In this document: positions 26,890-39,325 of the stretch, piece after piece | Numbering within the stretch: the stretch's first letter is position 1 | Layout: every line of letters starts with the position of its first letter | Source: Octopus bimaculoides | Lineage: Eukaryota | Length of the DNA stretch: 63,667 nt | Assembly (NCBI RefSeq): GCF_001194135.2 | Contig: NC_068984.1 | Coordinates: forward strand, 85,789,777 to 85,853,443 | Direction of reading: 5' to 3' | Translations under genes and position numbers: made by a program | The notes under the pieces: generated by a model | What the model was told of the DNA's origin: nothing | Seen by the model: only the letters and a program-made list of their open reading frames with translations | The model's database searches: none

Positions 26890-27228
26890 ATATATATATA
26901 TATATAATTTATATAAGGGCATTACTATATAGTAATGCCTCACGCTTAGAGGGACTAAATAAGTCAAAACTACCAAAAAATAAGCACATATTTACCGAAA
27001 GCGAGGGGATGCAACTTTCAAAAAATTAACCTCCTAAAAACATTTAACTTAACGGCAAACCACTGGTTTCATAATTAATGCAGCAATGTAGTAAGCTGCA
27101 TCTTTTATTCATCAGTGCACGTATGGTCGAGACACATAAAAAATAAACAAAAATCAACATACCCCGATGTACCCAACAAAGTACGATGACTTCTGTTCAT
27201 CCTTATATATCCGTGAAAGAGGCTGGCT
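26890..27228 (-). mobile_element. Second copy of the hammerhead-bearing (TA)n-anchored element, in a PI4KB intron
   Basis: - strand order: U-rich leader, hammerhead, about 110-nt spacer homologous to 8943-9035, perfect palindrome GGCATTACTATATAGTAATGCC (26918-26939), CTTATATA, (TA)n. The 5' end runs into an N gap. Confidence 0.6.
27052..27122 (-). ncRNA. Minimal type I hammerhead ribozyme fold, sense to PI4KB pre-mRNA
   Basis: Stem I ACG(U)GCA/UGCCGU; CUGAUGA (27115-27109); stem II AUAA/UUAU plus AUGCAGC/GCUGCAU; GAAA (27070-27067); stem III ACC-AGU-GGU; triplet GUU ending at 27058. Confidence 0.7.
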
Positions 27229-27939
27229 NNNNNNNNNNNNNNNNNNNNNNNNNNNNNNNNNNNNNNNNNNNNNNNNNNNNNNNNNNNNNNNNNNNNNNNN
27301 NNNNNNNNNNNNNNNNNNNNNNNNNNNNNNNNNNNNNNNNNNNNNNNNNNNNNNNNNNNNNNNNNNNNNNNNNNNNNNNNNNNNNNNNNNNNNNNNNNNN
27401 NNNNNNNNNNNNNNNNNNNNNNNATATATATATATATATAATCATCATCCTTATTTAATGTGTTTTCCATGCTGGCATGGGTTGGACAAGCATTGGCATG
27501 TCAGAAGACTGCACCAAACCCTGCTGTCTGCTGTGGCATGGTTTCTACGGCTGGATGCCCTTTGGGTGGGCTTCCACACAATTTACATCAACTGAAAACT
27601 TGAAGCTATGATAGAAAACATGTGTTCAAGATGCCGTGCAGATGGTTGCAAAACATAGCCATGCAATACATCAGTATTCCCCAAGAACATTGGGTCCATC
27701 CAGCATACAGCAAACAAAAATGAAAACATAAAAGAAACAGAAGTGCTGACTAGTCGAGCCTTTATATGATCATCAAAACCCACAAGAAACAGCAGCCAGT
27801 TATTTTTCAGATTATACCTTACTGTCTCAAATAAGTAAAGAGTATGTGATTTGTTTTACTTACTCTCAAAAACACAAGAAGGTTATAACTGGAATGTATT
27901 TGATCACAAGTACAATCAATCAAGATTGACCCAAGTCTA

Positions 27940-28221
<282 letters not shown>

Positions 28222-28494
28222 TCAAAAGATAATTATGATTTCTATCTTACACAGAAAACTAACATCTTGACAGATTCATCCATTTTATTTCAGACTGAAA
28301 TTCCAATTTAAATATGACCATTCTAATAGGGATAGTCTCTGGTTGGATTATTATTAAGGGGTGCTTAACTGCTACCTTATACACCCCCAACTAATCAATA
28401 TCACTCGTATATTTGGCTCAACTTGAAACATCTGTTCACATTACCCGGTCAAATAAACTGGTAAAGTAGAATGCGTTTTAAGTGTCAGAGGTAC

Positions 28495-28647
28495 CTCAAA
28501 TTTGCCCTTTGGTGCAGCAATGTTTTCTGATAGGCGTCGGCGAATATCAGCTGCAGCAATGTACACAGGGTCTTTACTATCAGCACTTGTAGAACTCTCA
28601 GCAGAGAACTGGGAAATTGTATCACTTGATTTTGACCGATTTGAATA
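28495..28647 (-). CDS. PI4KB: PI4KB exon
   Basis: ag|[51 protein letters not shown]|gt, 153 bp; matches the conserved ISQFS..S..S...[14 protein letters not shown] motif. Not in the ORF track. Confidence 0.95.
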
Positions 28648-29595
28648 CTGAAATTACATGAAAAGAAAACATTCTTGATAAAAAGTGATAAATTGAAAGA
28701 GAGCAGATGGCACAGAAAATATAATTTTTTTACTGAATAGTAAACTGGTTGTTTGTTGATCAGACAAATGGTTGTTTGTTGACAAGACAGATGGTCATTT
28801 AATAGTTAAATTTTTACTGAAAAGATAAATTCATTTTCTTTTATAAAAAAAAGAAATTACATAATCCATTTGCACAATCAAGTGTGTGTGTGTTGACAAA
28901 AGTGAAAATTAATAGACAGAAACTGTCCAGAACACTGAAGGAGAGACCTTTCTTCTTCTTAAGAGACAGACTTCATTTACTACCTGCTTTTACACCACTA
29001 CCTGGTCATTCAGTGCCTTCAATAGCAACCATTCTGTTGCAGGCATTTGTTACACATCTCTGGCCTAAGGACAACTTTTCTTTCCTTCCCATCAATCTAT
29101 GAAGGCCTTGAAAAGGGTAAGAGAACTGGCCTTATTTTTATCAGACTAAGCAATGACAAAAACATATTTTCCAGGCAAAAATAAGTGTATGCATATTTAT
29201 ATTCTTCTCACAATCAATACTTACAAGCAAAGGTACAGAATATCATTCGATAATAAATATAAAAACTTGTTCCAATAATTTTTATTCAAATACCTAAATT
29301 TTATAGAACACAGGCATGGTTATGTGGATAAGGGGTTGGGAAGCGATAAGGAGTTCACTTCCCAACCATGTGATTTGGGGTTCAGTCCCACTGCATAGCA
29401 TCTTGGACAAATGTCTTCTACTATTGCTTTGGGTCAACTAAATCTTTGTGAGTGAATTTCGTAGGAGAAAACTTAAGTTTATCTTGTGTATGTGTGAGTG
29501 AGAGTGCTTGTGCCTTGAGATAAGAGGGAAAAAACTCCCTCCCATGAATCTTTCAAATAATTCATATAACAAAACATGGAGTGAGGGCAACATAC

Positions 29596-29829
29596 CATAG
29601 CTTGCAGGATTTCATCATCATCTTGTAACCAACAGTCAGAATCATCAAAGTCAGAAGTACCATAAATGGCAAACTCTGGCTTTGGAGAGTTGTTGCTTCT
29701 GTTGTAGTAATGGGTCAAGTCCTCCTCTGAACGGGTGAAACGCAAAGTATTTTCCAAGATCTTACTTGGCAGTTGGCTGGTGACTGGGTTCTCACACTCG
29801 AGTACTTCAACATATATCAAGTAGGGAGT
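29596..29829 (-). CDS. PI4KB: PI4KB exon
   Basis: ag|TPYLIYVEVLECENPVTSQLPSKILENTLRFTRSEEDL...DDSDCWLQDDDEILQAM|gtatg, 234 bp. Confidence 0.93.
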
Positions 29830-30544
29830 CTAGATAAATAAGAAACAAAATGGTACTTCAGTTTCATCAGCATGATATCAAAATATTGTTATATACCATG
29901 GTCATACTGTTGTCACTGTCATATCACTGTAGTCATAGTAATCATTTTCATATTGCTATGATTATGCTATCATTATTATCATATCTCTGATTATTCTATA
30001 ATCACCGTCATATTGCTGATTTTATTAGCACATCATTGTCATATCATTTTGAGAGAAAAAAAAAAAGAAAATACAGTAACAAGAGAGGGAGAGAGAAAGG
30101 GAGGACACTAATTTTCTTTCCTTTCTCTTTGCTTCTCTTTATATACCTTTAGCTCCAGGGTGTATTTATTCATGTTTGATTTCATTTTTATTTATGAATT
30201 TTTTATTTGTTTTTTTTTCATTACTTTACCCTTTTACTATTGTTTATTTTAGTATTCTTTTTCTTTCTTTCAAAAGAATCCGGACTTCACTCACTCTCTT
30301 CACCTTTCATTTGATTTCTATCTATTTTCCCCTCAAAATACTTATAAGCCTTGCCATCTGTCCAACCTTAGAACATTTGATCCCTGTAACATTATGCAAT
30401 AAACTGTTTCTCTGATGATCTGTTGTGGTTAAACATCCAACTGCTCTCGAAACATCCAATTGTTCCAAACAACCTTAACATGAAATATACATAGGGAACT
30501 AAAGATATAAACTGGTGTTCATCACAATTTCTTATTTATATAGA

Positions 30545-31750
30545 TAATCTGGCTGAGTAAAAAGTAAGCAACGTTTTGAAACAGGAAATTCATCACAATA
30601 TATTTCAACAATGTGGAAATCTTATTCATCAAAGTACTATTACAGTCAACACATTTTTGCCAATGAGTTACAAGTATGTGTATTTCGGTAACATAAAAAT
30701 CTGGAGTTCTGAAGCTGATAAACTCTTTGAATGCACTTTCAGCAACGGTTTGGTTTTTGAACTCCTCCTCTTGCAGGAAACCATCAAGGTGCTTGAAAAA
30801 GTGGTAGTTGGTAGGAGAAAGGTCTGGGGAATAAACTGGTTGGGGAAGAACTTTGTAGCCAAGTTCCCTGAACTTCTGGAGCATCATTAGCGAAACGTGT
30901 GATCGAGCACGGTCATGAAGAATGACTGGCCCTCTTCTGTTGACCTGTCTGGGACGGAGGAGTAGTAGTTTTTTGTTTATTCATGGCAATATGTTTCTGC
31001 AATAATGGTTTTTGCGGGTTTTAAGAAGTTACAGTGGATGACTCCAGCAGTCCACCACCAAACAGCCACCATAACCTTCTTTTTGAAGAGCTCGGATTTA
31101 AGGAAGGTTTTCGGCGCTTCATTTTGGTCCAACCACTACGAATAATGATTTTTATTATTGTACAGAATCCACTTTTCATCGCTAGTTACAATATGGTCAA
31201 GAAATGGATCAGTCTGGTTATGGAGAAGAAGCGACGAGCAAATTTCATATCTGCACATTTTCTGATTTTCATTCAAATCATGTGGTGCCCATTTGTTGAG
31301 CTTTTTTGATCTTTTGATCACATGCAAATGGTTGCAGGTAGTTTTCTGGCTAACTTGAAGTTCCTTTGCCAGTTTTCGAGTGGTTTTACATGGATCTTTC
31401 TTAATGCCAGTCTCCACTGTGAAATCGTTTAAACCATTTTCGAGTTGATCACTCACTGGCCATTTCCTCACCAAATGTTTCATTGATATCACTAGCAGTT
31501 TCAGCTGCTTTACGCCCTTTTTTGAAGTTGAATAGCAAAATTGCTCGAATATTATGCTTTGACAGTTCCATTTCAGATGATTGTAACAATGATGAAAAAA
31601 AAATACCAATGTTGATTTATTGATGCATTTGGGCAAGTCAATGTCTGTATTATCAGACAATTGCAAAGAAATGTTTTTAAAAAATTCAAAACTCTGCAAA
31701 AATCAGGTACAAATTCTTCATGATTCAAAACGTTGCTTACTTTTTACTTA
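30545..31750 (-). mobile_element. Defective mariner element in a PI4KB intron
   Basis: Perfect 25-bp inverted repeat agtaaaaagtaagcaacgttttgaa (30556-30580 / 31724-31748). Transposase pieces: TTRKLAKELQVS...KWAPHDL...DHIVTSDEKWILYNN and LPQPVYSPDLSPTNYHFF...HWQKCVDCN. Confidence 0.92.
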
Positions 31751-32172
31751 ACTTTTTTTTATATCCATCCATCCCAAAATCCATCATAAATTAATCTTCC
31801 TAAATCATACATAAACAGTTATCTAATGAAGTTTTCTTGGCAGTAGAATTCTATTAAAACATTTATCTCCCTTGGTTTTGTGTGTGTGTGTGTGTGTGTG
31901 CGCGTGCGCGTGCGCGCGGTCACAACTCTGTGACTTTTGTCTAGCTGTGTTAACACCAAAATGAGCACATTGGTATGTGTGAGCGTACTAGAGGATGCAA
32001 CTGTTTATTTGTAAGTAGGAATGTACTTGTGTGTATGTGTGCATGTTTTGAATGTGTATGCAAATACGTGTGATTGTTTACAAGTAAGATAGCAAGAGAT
32101 TGCGATGATATGTGAGTATGCACAAGTGTCTTTGCAAGTATGTGTGAATGTGAATTTAAAAAGAAACAATCA

Positions 32173-32218
<46 letters not shown>

Positions 32219-32390
32219 CTAGTCAATATCTTATCAACTTGACAAATTTCACAACTAACATTGCACTGAACATGACAACAGCCACCACCAATACAAACAC
32301 TTATAAACCACCACTGCTTTTACAGACACTAGCAAGTTTCAGGACTTTTGATCATAAAAGTCTGCTTACTCAGGACTGACTTGGAGCTCA

Positions 32391-32618
<228 letters not shown>

Positions 32619-32682
32619 TTATAAAGAAAAAAGTTTAAAAACATTAAAGAAATATATAAATAGAAAGATAAATAATTATATA

Positions 32683-33080
32683 GGCGCAGGAGTGTTTGTG
32701 TGGTAGGTAGCTTGCTTACCAACCACATGGTTCCGGGTTCATTCCCACTGCGCGACACCTTGGGCAAGTGTCTTCTACTATAGCCTCGGGCCGACCAAAC
32801 CCTTGTGAGTAGATTTGGTAGACGGAAATTGAAAGAAGCCCATCGTATATATATATATATATATATGTTTGTGTGTCTGTGTTTGTCCCCCCAACATCAG
32901 TTGACAACCGATGCTGGTGTGTTTAGGTCCCCCGTAACTTAGTGGTTCGGCAAAAGAGACCGATAGAATAAGTACTAGGCTTACAAAGAATAAGTCCTGG
33001 GGGCAATTTCATTTGACTAAAGGCAGTGCTCCAGCATGGCCGCAGTCAAATGACTGAAACAAGTAAAAGAGTGTAAAAGA
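32683..33080 (+). mobile_element. Near full-length tRNA-derived SINE (family A)
   Basis: tRNA-like head (ggcgcaggagtg...gggttcattcccactgc), tgggcaagtgtcttctactatagcc central block, internal (TA)n and a gactgaaacaagtaaaagag tail. Other copies lie at about 14095, 15325, 29310, 38570, 40205, 43220, 44665, 47890, 52620 and 58940. Confidence 0.85.
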
Positions 33081-33722
33081 GAAAAAGAGAGTGCTCTACT
33101 GATTCTGGTGCCCATCTAAAAGACAGTGGCTTCAATTTGAAAGTGTTGAGCTTCTTCCCACATAATCATAAGTTCAAATCATACTATAGCCATCCTGTTG
33201 TCATTTTAAGAAAGCAACAAACTTCTTTACTTTTAGTTTGACCAATATAAAACATATTTTAATGCTACTTCACTGATAAGTACTTAATGGTAGGGAGCAC
33301 ACCTGTACGTAAAAATAATTGCTCAAGAGTAAATGCAACCATCAATGTCAGCTTGGATAGTAGACCTAATCTGTTAGCAAGTTTAATACCATCACCTTGC
33401 CCTTGGAGGCCTTTTTATAAGAGACCCTTCTGTTGCAAGGACCTGGACCAGGTCTCTAAAGATAACTCTGTGTCATGTATGATACATTCCTTCTTCCTTT
33501 ACAAATACAATTTATGGTTAGTTTTTTTCTCCCCCCCAACTGTCACAGTCCAAGTCACAGAATCTCTATAAAATATATCATGAGTGATGCCCTCTCTCCT
33601 TTGACTAAACTATAAAGAACAAAATGAAACAATGGAAATTTGGATGTGGTAAAATATTATATACTGTGAAAAGAGACCAAGAGATGATTAAATAAGAAAA
33701 CAATAAGAGAAATTTGGTTTAC

Positions 33723-33813
33723 TTCGAAGTTCTTTGGTGGGTAACTGTTGTAGTTTCTGTGCAATATTCATCAAAGCCTTCACAAATTCTTGTTGTGGCA
33801 TCAGCCTTGGTGC
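33723..33813 (-). CDS. PI4KB: PI4KB exon
   Basis: ag|APRLMPQQEFVKALMNIAQKLQQLPTKELR A|gt, 91 bp; matches human [27 protein letters not shown]. Not in the ORF track. Confidence 0.93.
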
Positions 33814-35401
33814 CTGTAAATACCAAAACAAAACATTATGTTCAAAAAAGAAACAAGAGACAAAAACGCAATATTTTTATTACCATGTCAGTTTTGTTTT
33901 TAAAACAAATATCTACTAGAATTGGAAATTAGAAAATGAATGAAACAAGACCAACATTCATTTCTAAAGTTTGTGTTTCAGTGAAAAGGTCTAATAAAGC
34001 CAGAACATGCATGGAGTTGTCTCCAGTACTTGCCAGAATAATTAAAATATTATTAGTCACTCTCCAATACTCTGTTTCTTACTCACAAACTAATTATTTC
34101 TAATTGGACTTTTAATATTCAGTACATTAAATGTAGTAATACTAACAGGACTACAGTTTTTAATTGTGATGGCATCTCTGGCAACTTATTTCTAAAGATG
34201 AAGTAGGGCATGTTATGAAAAAGGAAAAAATTTCTAACTTTGGACATTGGGTCAGATATTTGTAAGAAAGGTTTATGGTTAACTAAATAAAGCCCAAAAC
34301 ATGCCAATTATTGACTTTTATCAACCCCTACTGAATGATGAATAAAAGACAAAGTTGATACTAAAAGGATTTGAACACAGAACATAAGGATATGCTGTAG
34401 ATCAACACTGCATGACATTTAGCCTAGCATTTTGCCATTCCTATGGCTTACTGCCTTCAGTGTAAATAATATATGCTAATTAGAGGGATCCTATGTGGTT
34501 GTGTTGCTTGACTTGAAAGAAGCAGCAGCCAAACTACAACCTCACTGCCTTTAAAAAGAAAAAAAGCACCCTGAATAATATAGTCCAAGATAAATAAGAT
34601 GGGTCAATCACAGCTGGAACAGCTTATCATAAGTTAACTCCATCAGAACTAGTTTGAGACTAACATACTAAGGATTTCTAGCAGGCATAGAACACTCTGG
34701 GGTGGGGGGTAGTGGGGAATACAGTTGATTTCAATCATCCCAGTACTTGACTGGTACTTATTTTATCAACACAGGTAAGATAAAAAGTGTGGTCAATAGT
34801 TGCAGCACTTGAAATCAGAAAATAAAGGGAGGTAACAAAATACCACAAAACCATTTTGCCTACTGTTCAAACAATTCTACTGATGACTTCTAGTCAAGAA
34901 CAATGCTAATTTATAAAGATGTGATTTATACAGTTGATGTCACTAACTCCATTATATTACTGGTACTTGCTATTACAATATACAGAACCTATTTGAAAAT
35001 GGCACACTTTATATACACATACACTCATACAAAAGCATACATACACACAGTATCAGAACCTACCTCACAATGGCAAGTCACTTTACACAAATACACATGT
35101 GGTCAGAACCTATCTACAATGGCTCAGTACTTCATACCAAAAAGTAAAAGTACATGAAACTTACTCAGGTTCAATCAAACTAACAGTTCCTGTCTATCTA
35201 ATTTCACTAATAAGGCTTGGGTCAACAGACGGTTATGGTAAAAAAAAATAAAAATAAAAATAAAAACCTTGCAAGATTCCACGTTTTGGGATTGAACCCA
35301 TGATCTTGTGAGTATGAAGCAAACTTCTTAACCATCTGGCCAATACACACTCTCTCTCTCACCCACTCACATGCACACAAATACTGGATATCAGTACATA
35401 C

Positions 35402-35559
35402 CTCACAATGACAGACAGTCTTTCGACCAGTCAAATCATTGAATAATGCCTCTGAACTCTTGTGACAAGTGCAGCCACTTTCGAAAGCTCGTCCAGAGGT
35501 CAGGTCACCAGCAAGGAGAGGCATGTTTGGCAATGTCATAGAATGGCGGATGCTGCTGC
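35402..35559 (-). CDS. PI4KB: PI4KB exon with Cys-rich segment
   Basis: ttgcag|GC SSIRHSMTLPNMPLLAGDLTSGRAFESGCTCHKSSEALFNDLTGRKTVCHCE|gtatg, 158 bp; phases 1/0 fit both neighbours. Confidence 0.85.
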
Positions 35560-37949
35560 CTGCAAGTAGAGAGTGAGGGGGGAGATATATTTAGAAAACA
35601 TCAATTTCTATGTAACAACACCAACAGGTCAATGACAAATATGGCTATTACAGCCACAATCTGAAAAGATGAAGAAAAGCAGAAGAGAGGTTGAGTGGGG
35701 TGGGCCGAAGCATTCATGGAAATATTTAAACCAAAACAATGCAAATTTTATGTTCCATTACTTTGAAATACAAATACCAATTTAAGAAAATATCTATATA
35801 TTTACTCAACCTGTAAGAAATTCCCTCTTAAAATCATTCCCTGCTACCTAAAAAAAAAAAAATAATGAAGTTAAGAATGCACAAAAAGACAATAGTCATA
35901 ACTAGAATTTCTTTGGTCACAAGTCTGGATAATCAAGACTGATTTGGGTCTTAACAACAAAAACTACTCCTTCCAGCTTTGATTCATCACTAGGTGGTTC
36001 ATCTTTATCTCCCAGTTTTCCCCTGCACCTCTGCAATTCTACTTCTATACAAAAATGCATCAAACATAGTTGGCCAGGGCAGAGAAAAGAGAAAGGTACA
36101 ACTTTCTTTAAATATCACATGGGTAAGTGTTGCTGAAACAAAAAGATATCTCTTATAAAACAAAGTTATAAGTGGCTTGAGAGAGTCTGTAAATCTTTGA
36201 ATACAAGTATAGAGTTGGTTTTATAAATAATGCTCAACGGTCTACATCCTTTCATTAGTGCTACATCAGCATTTCTAGAAAAAATAACTTTCACGAGATA
36301 AATCCTCCTAGTCTCAAATAGGTACCATGTGCAGACACAGTTCACTATTTTAGGTGACAGAGCCACTAAGTGAATCTCAATGTGGGCACCCAATTTGCTA
36401 AAAATAACAATCAAATCCCCCAGAAATCACATCTTTCTTAAAAATAGGATGACACAGTGGATAATGTAATTCATGATACATTATTCTGAAAAACAGTAAT
36501 GAAAAAATAAAAGACGGGATCCACAGCTGGACATATGTCTTTTTGGTCAGGACTGATCTGAAGCTAAATAACAACAGAAGCATTATATAACTGCTGGATA
36601 TTATGTTGGATTACAATGTAATCACTTTGAAAATGAAACCTACTGATGAAATATCTGTTAAGGACATGAACCCTACAGAAGATTCTACATTGAAAGAAAT
36701 GGAACCATTTTTATGGAGATACATGAAAAAATATAGATGCTATTCTTTTTATCCTCTAAAAAATATACGAATCTCATTAGACAAGGGAAAAAGTACATAC
36801 AAACAGTATATGCATTCAATAAGGTAAAAAGTATGTACAGTCTTGAAAAGATCAGCTTTTAATTCTAGTACACAACTGGTGGCAAGATTATAAGGGGGCT
36901 GTGTTTGGCTCCAGGACAATCCTGATCCAGCAGACCTGTAATTAAAGGGGTTCCAAATGTGCCCATATTGTCTCTTTAAGTGCAAGTAGGACATCATTAT
37001 TTAAAGTATCCTTTCCCTATTTCAGACAGTAATTTTAAGGGAAATTTGATTGCTATTTCTTGCAGATTGAGCAATCACATTGCAGATCCCTTAGTGACTC
37101 ATTTTGGTGATTAAATTTTAGCCAGAGTATCAAGGAGTAATTTGTAGGATCCGTTGAATTGGAATACTGGCTGGAAACATTGATAAAATGAAAATAAACT
37201 TCTTAGAAGTTGTAAAATAAAACTGGAAGTTAATTAGGGACTGACAGGATGAAAAAAATTAGGTTGTTTTCTGTTTTTTTTCTTTTTCTCCTAATTTTGA
37301 GCTGCTGTCTTTTTGAAAATAAAAACATTATAAAGCGCTGAAGAACAACACAAGTATTTAACTCCTTAGTATTCCGACTATTCTGTTAAATGCAATACTT
37401 ATTTGGCCCCATTGTTTTGAATTAAACACACATTATCGTGTAGCTTTGAGACTTTGATGATGCGACTGTTTATTTTAAGAATGACATGGTAGGGTAGGTG
37501 TGAGAGGGTGAATATGACTGGTTTGAACATAAAACAAGAATATATGAGCCAGATATAGTCAGTTTAAATGTTAAATACTATAGTGAAGAGAGATGAAGCT
37601 CCATATTTGAAAAGGTTTTTTACTCATTCCGCTTCTCTTATATATAGGATCTTTCTCAAATTCTGCAATAACTAACTATGGAAAAAGAGGTTATACAGTG
37701 GACAAGATTGTAAAGATTGATACAAAGGTGGAGTCTAAAAACAGAAGCAATGCCTATCATAGTAGGTAGCGCTACTAGGCACTGCACACATCCTATGTAA
37801 AACATTTTCAATACAGTGAAAATAAGAGCATCACAAAAAAACCACAACACATACCCAAGGTACACAGAGCTGCACTCAGTAGTGCAGTGAAAGCACATGA
37901 TAAAAATAAGACTACTGATAGTAATAATGGTTTCAAATTTTGAAAGAAG

Positions 37950-38145
37950 GGCAGGAATTTTGTGTGGAGGGGATGAGTCAATTACATCGACCCCAGTGTT
38001 CAACTGGTACTTATTTTATTCACCCCGAAAGGATGAAAGGCAAAGTTGACCTCGGCGGAATTCGAACTCAGAATGTAAAGACGGGCAAAATACTACCAAG
38101 CATTTCATTTGGTGTGCTAATGACTCTGCCAGCTCTCCACCTTAA
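37950..38145 (-). mobile_element. tRNA-derived SINE (family C)
   Basis: Reverse complement of ttctgagttcgaattccgccgaggtcaactttgcctttcatcctttcgggg...taagtaccagtt...ctggggtcgatgtaat. Confidence 0.8.
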
Positions 38146-38569
38146 TAATAACAATAATAATAATACTAATAAAAATCCCAATGTTGACTTGAACTATGTC
38201 ACTAGCAACTAAGTAGTTCTGACATGTTATTACTGCACCAAACTATTACCTGAAAACTAAGTTGCAGATATAAGTACTACAAAGTAGACGAGATAATCCT
38301 AATCTGATAATTTGATATATTCAAGTTACAGTTTGGTGATGATGATGGTGGCAGTGTGGTATAGTAATCTATAGATCAGTAGTTCTCAATGCTTTTGACT
38401 TCATGGCACATTCGATATCAAATAAAAAACACTTACAGCCGTACTTTGCAAAGAAAGTTTTAAAATGTCAGTGCATTTTAAATTTGAAAAAAAAAACTAG
38501 AAATAATTTTTTTTTTTTTTAATTGTCAATCTTGCTTTATTAATCATATTTGTGTAAAACAAAATTATA

Positions 38570-38950
38570 GGCATGGCTGTGTGGTAAGCTTGCTTCCCAA
38601 CCACATGGTTCCCGGTTCAGTCCTACTGTGTAGCACCTTGGGCAAGTGTCTTCTATTATAGCCCTAAGTTGATCAAAACTTTGTGAATGGATTTGGTAGA
38701 CAGAAACTGAAAGAAGCCCATTGCATGTATGTGTGTGTGTGTGTGTGTTTGTCTCATCACCACTTGACAACTGATATTGGTTTGTTTATGTCCCTGAGAA
38801 CAAGTGGTTCAGCAAAAAAGAGACCAGTTCAATAAGTACCAAGTTTACAAAAATAAAAAAAGACTGGAGTCAATTTGTTTGACTAAATCCTTCAGAGTTG
38901 TGCCCCAGCATGGCTGCAATCTAATGACGGAAACAAGTAAACGATAAAAG
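38570..38950 (+). mobile_element. tRNA-derived SINE (family A)
   Basis: Colinear with 32683-33080 over its whole length. Confidence 0.8.
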
Positions 38951-39164
38951 ACGACATGTTTTTCAAGCTGCTTAAGTATTTGAATAAATCTTTTATAGCT
39001 TTAAATTACATTTTTTTAAAACCTGCAAGCACACCTAGATACCCTTTGTGGTGCATCAGTGTGCTATGGTGCACCATTCCTAAATCACTGTTAATACTAT
39101 CACTTCCCTCCTATACCACTACTGCAACAAATACCAATGTTACTACCACAAGTTACTATTAATA

Positions 39165-39325
39165 TTGGCAATTCCGCTGAGGCTGACTTTGCCTTTCATC
39201 CTTTCGGGGTTGATAAAACGAGTACCAGTTACGCACTGGGGTCGATGTAATCGACTTAATCCCTTTGTCTGTCCTCGTTTGCCCCCTCTATGTATAACCC
39301 CCTGTGGGCAATAAAGAAATAAATA
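39165..39325 (+). mobile_element. 5'-truncated family C SINE
   Basis: Highly similar to 57130-57285 (ctttcatcctttcgggg...cactggggtcg...taatcgacttaatccctttgtctgtcc...gtgggcaataaagaaataa). Confidence 0.85.
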
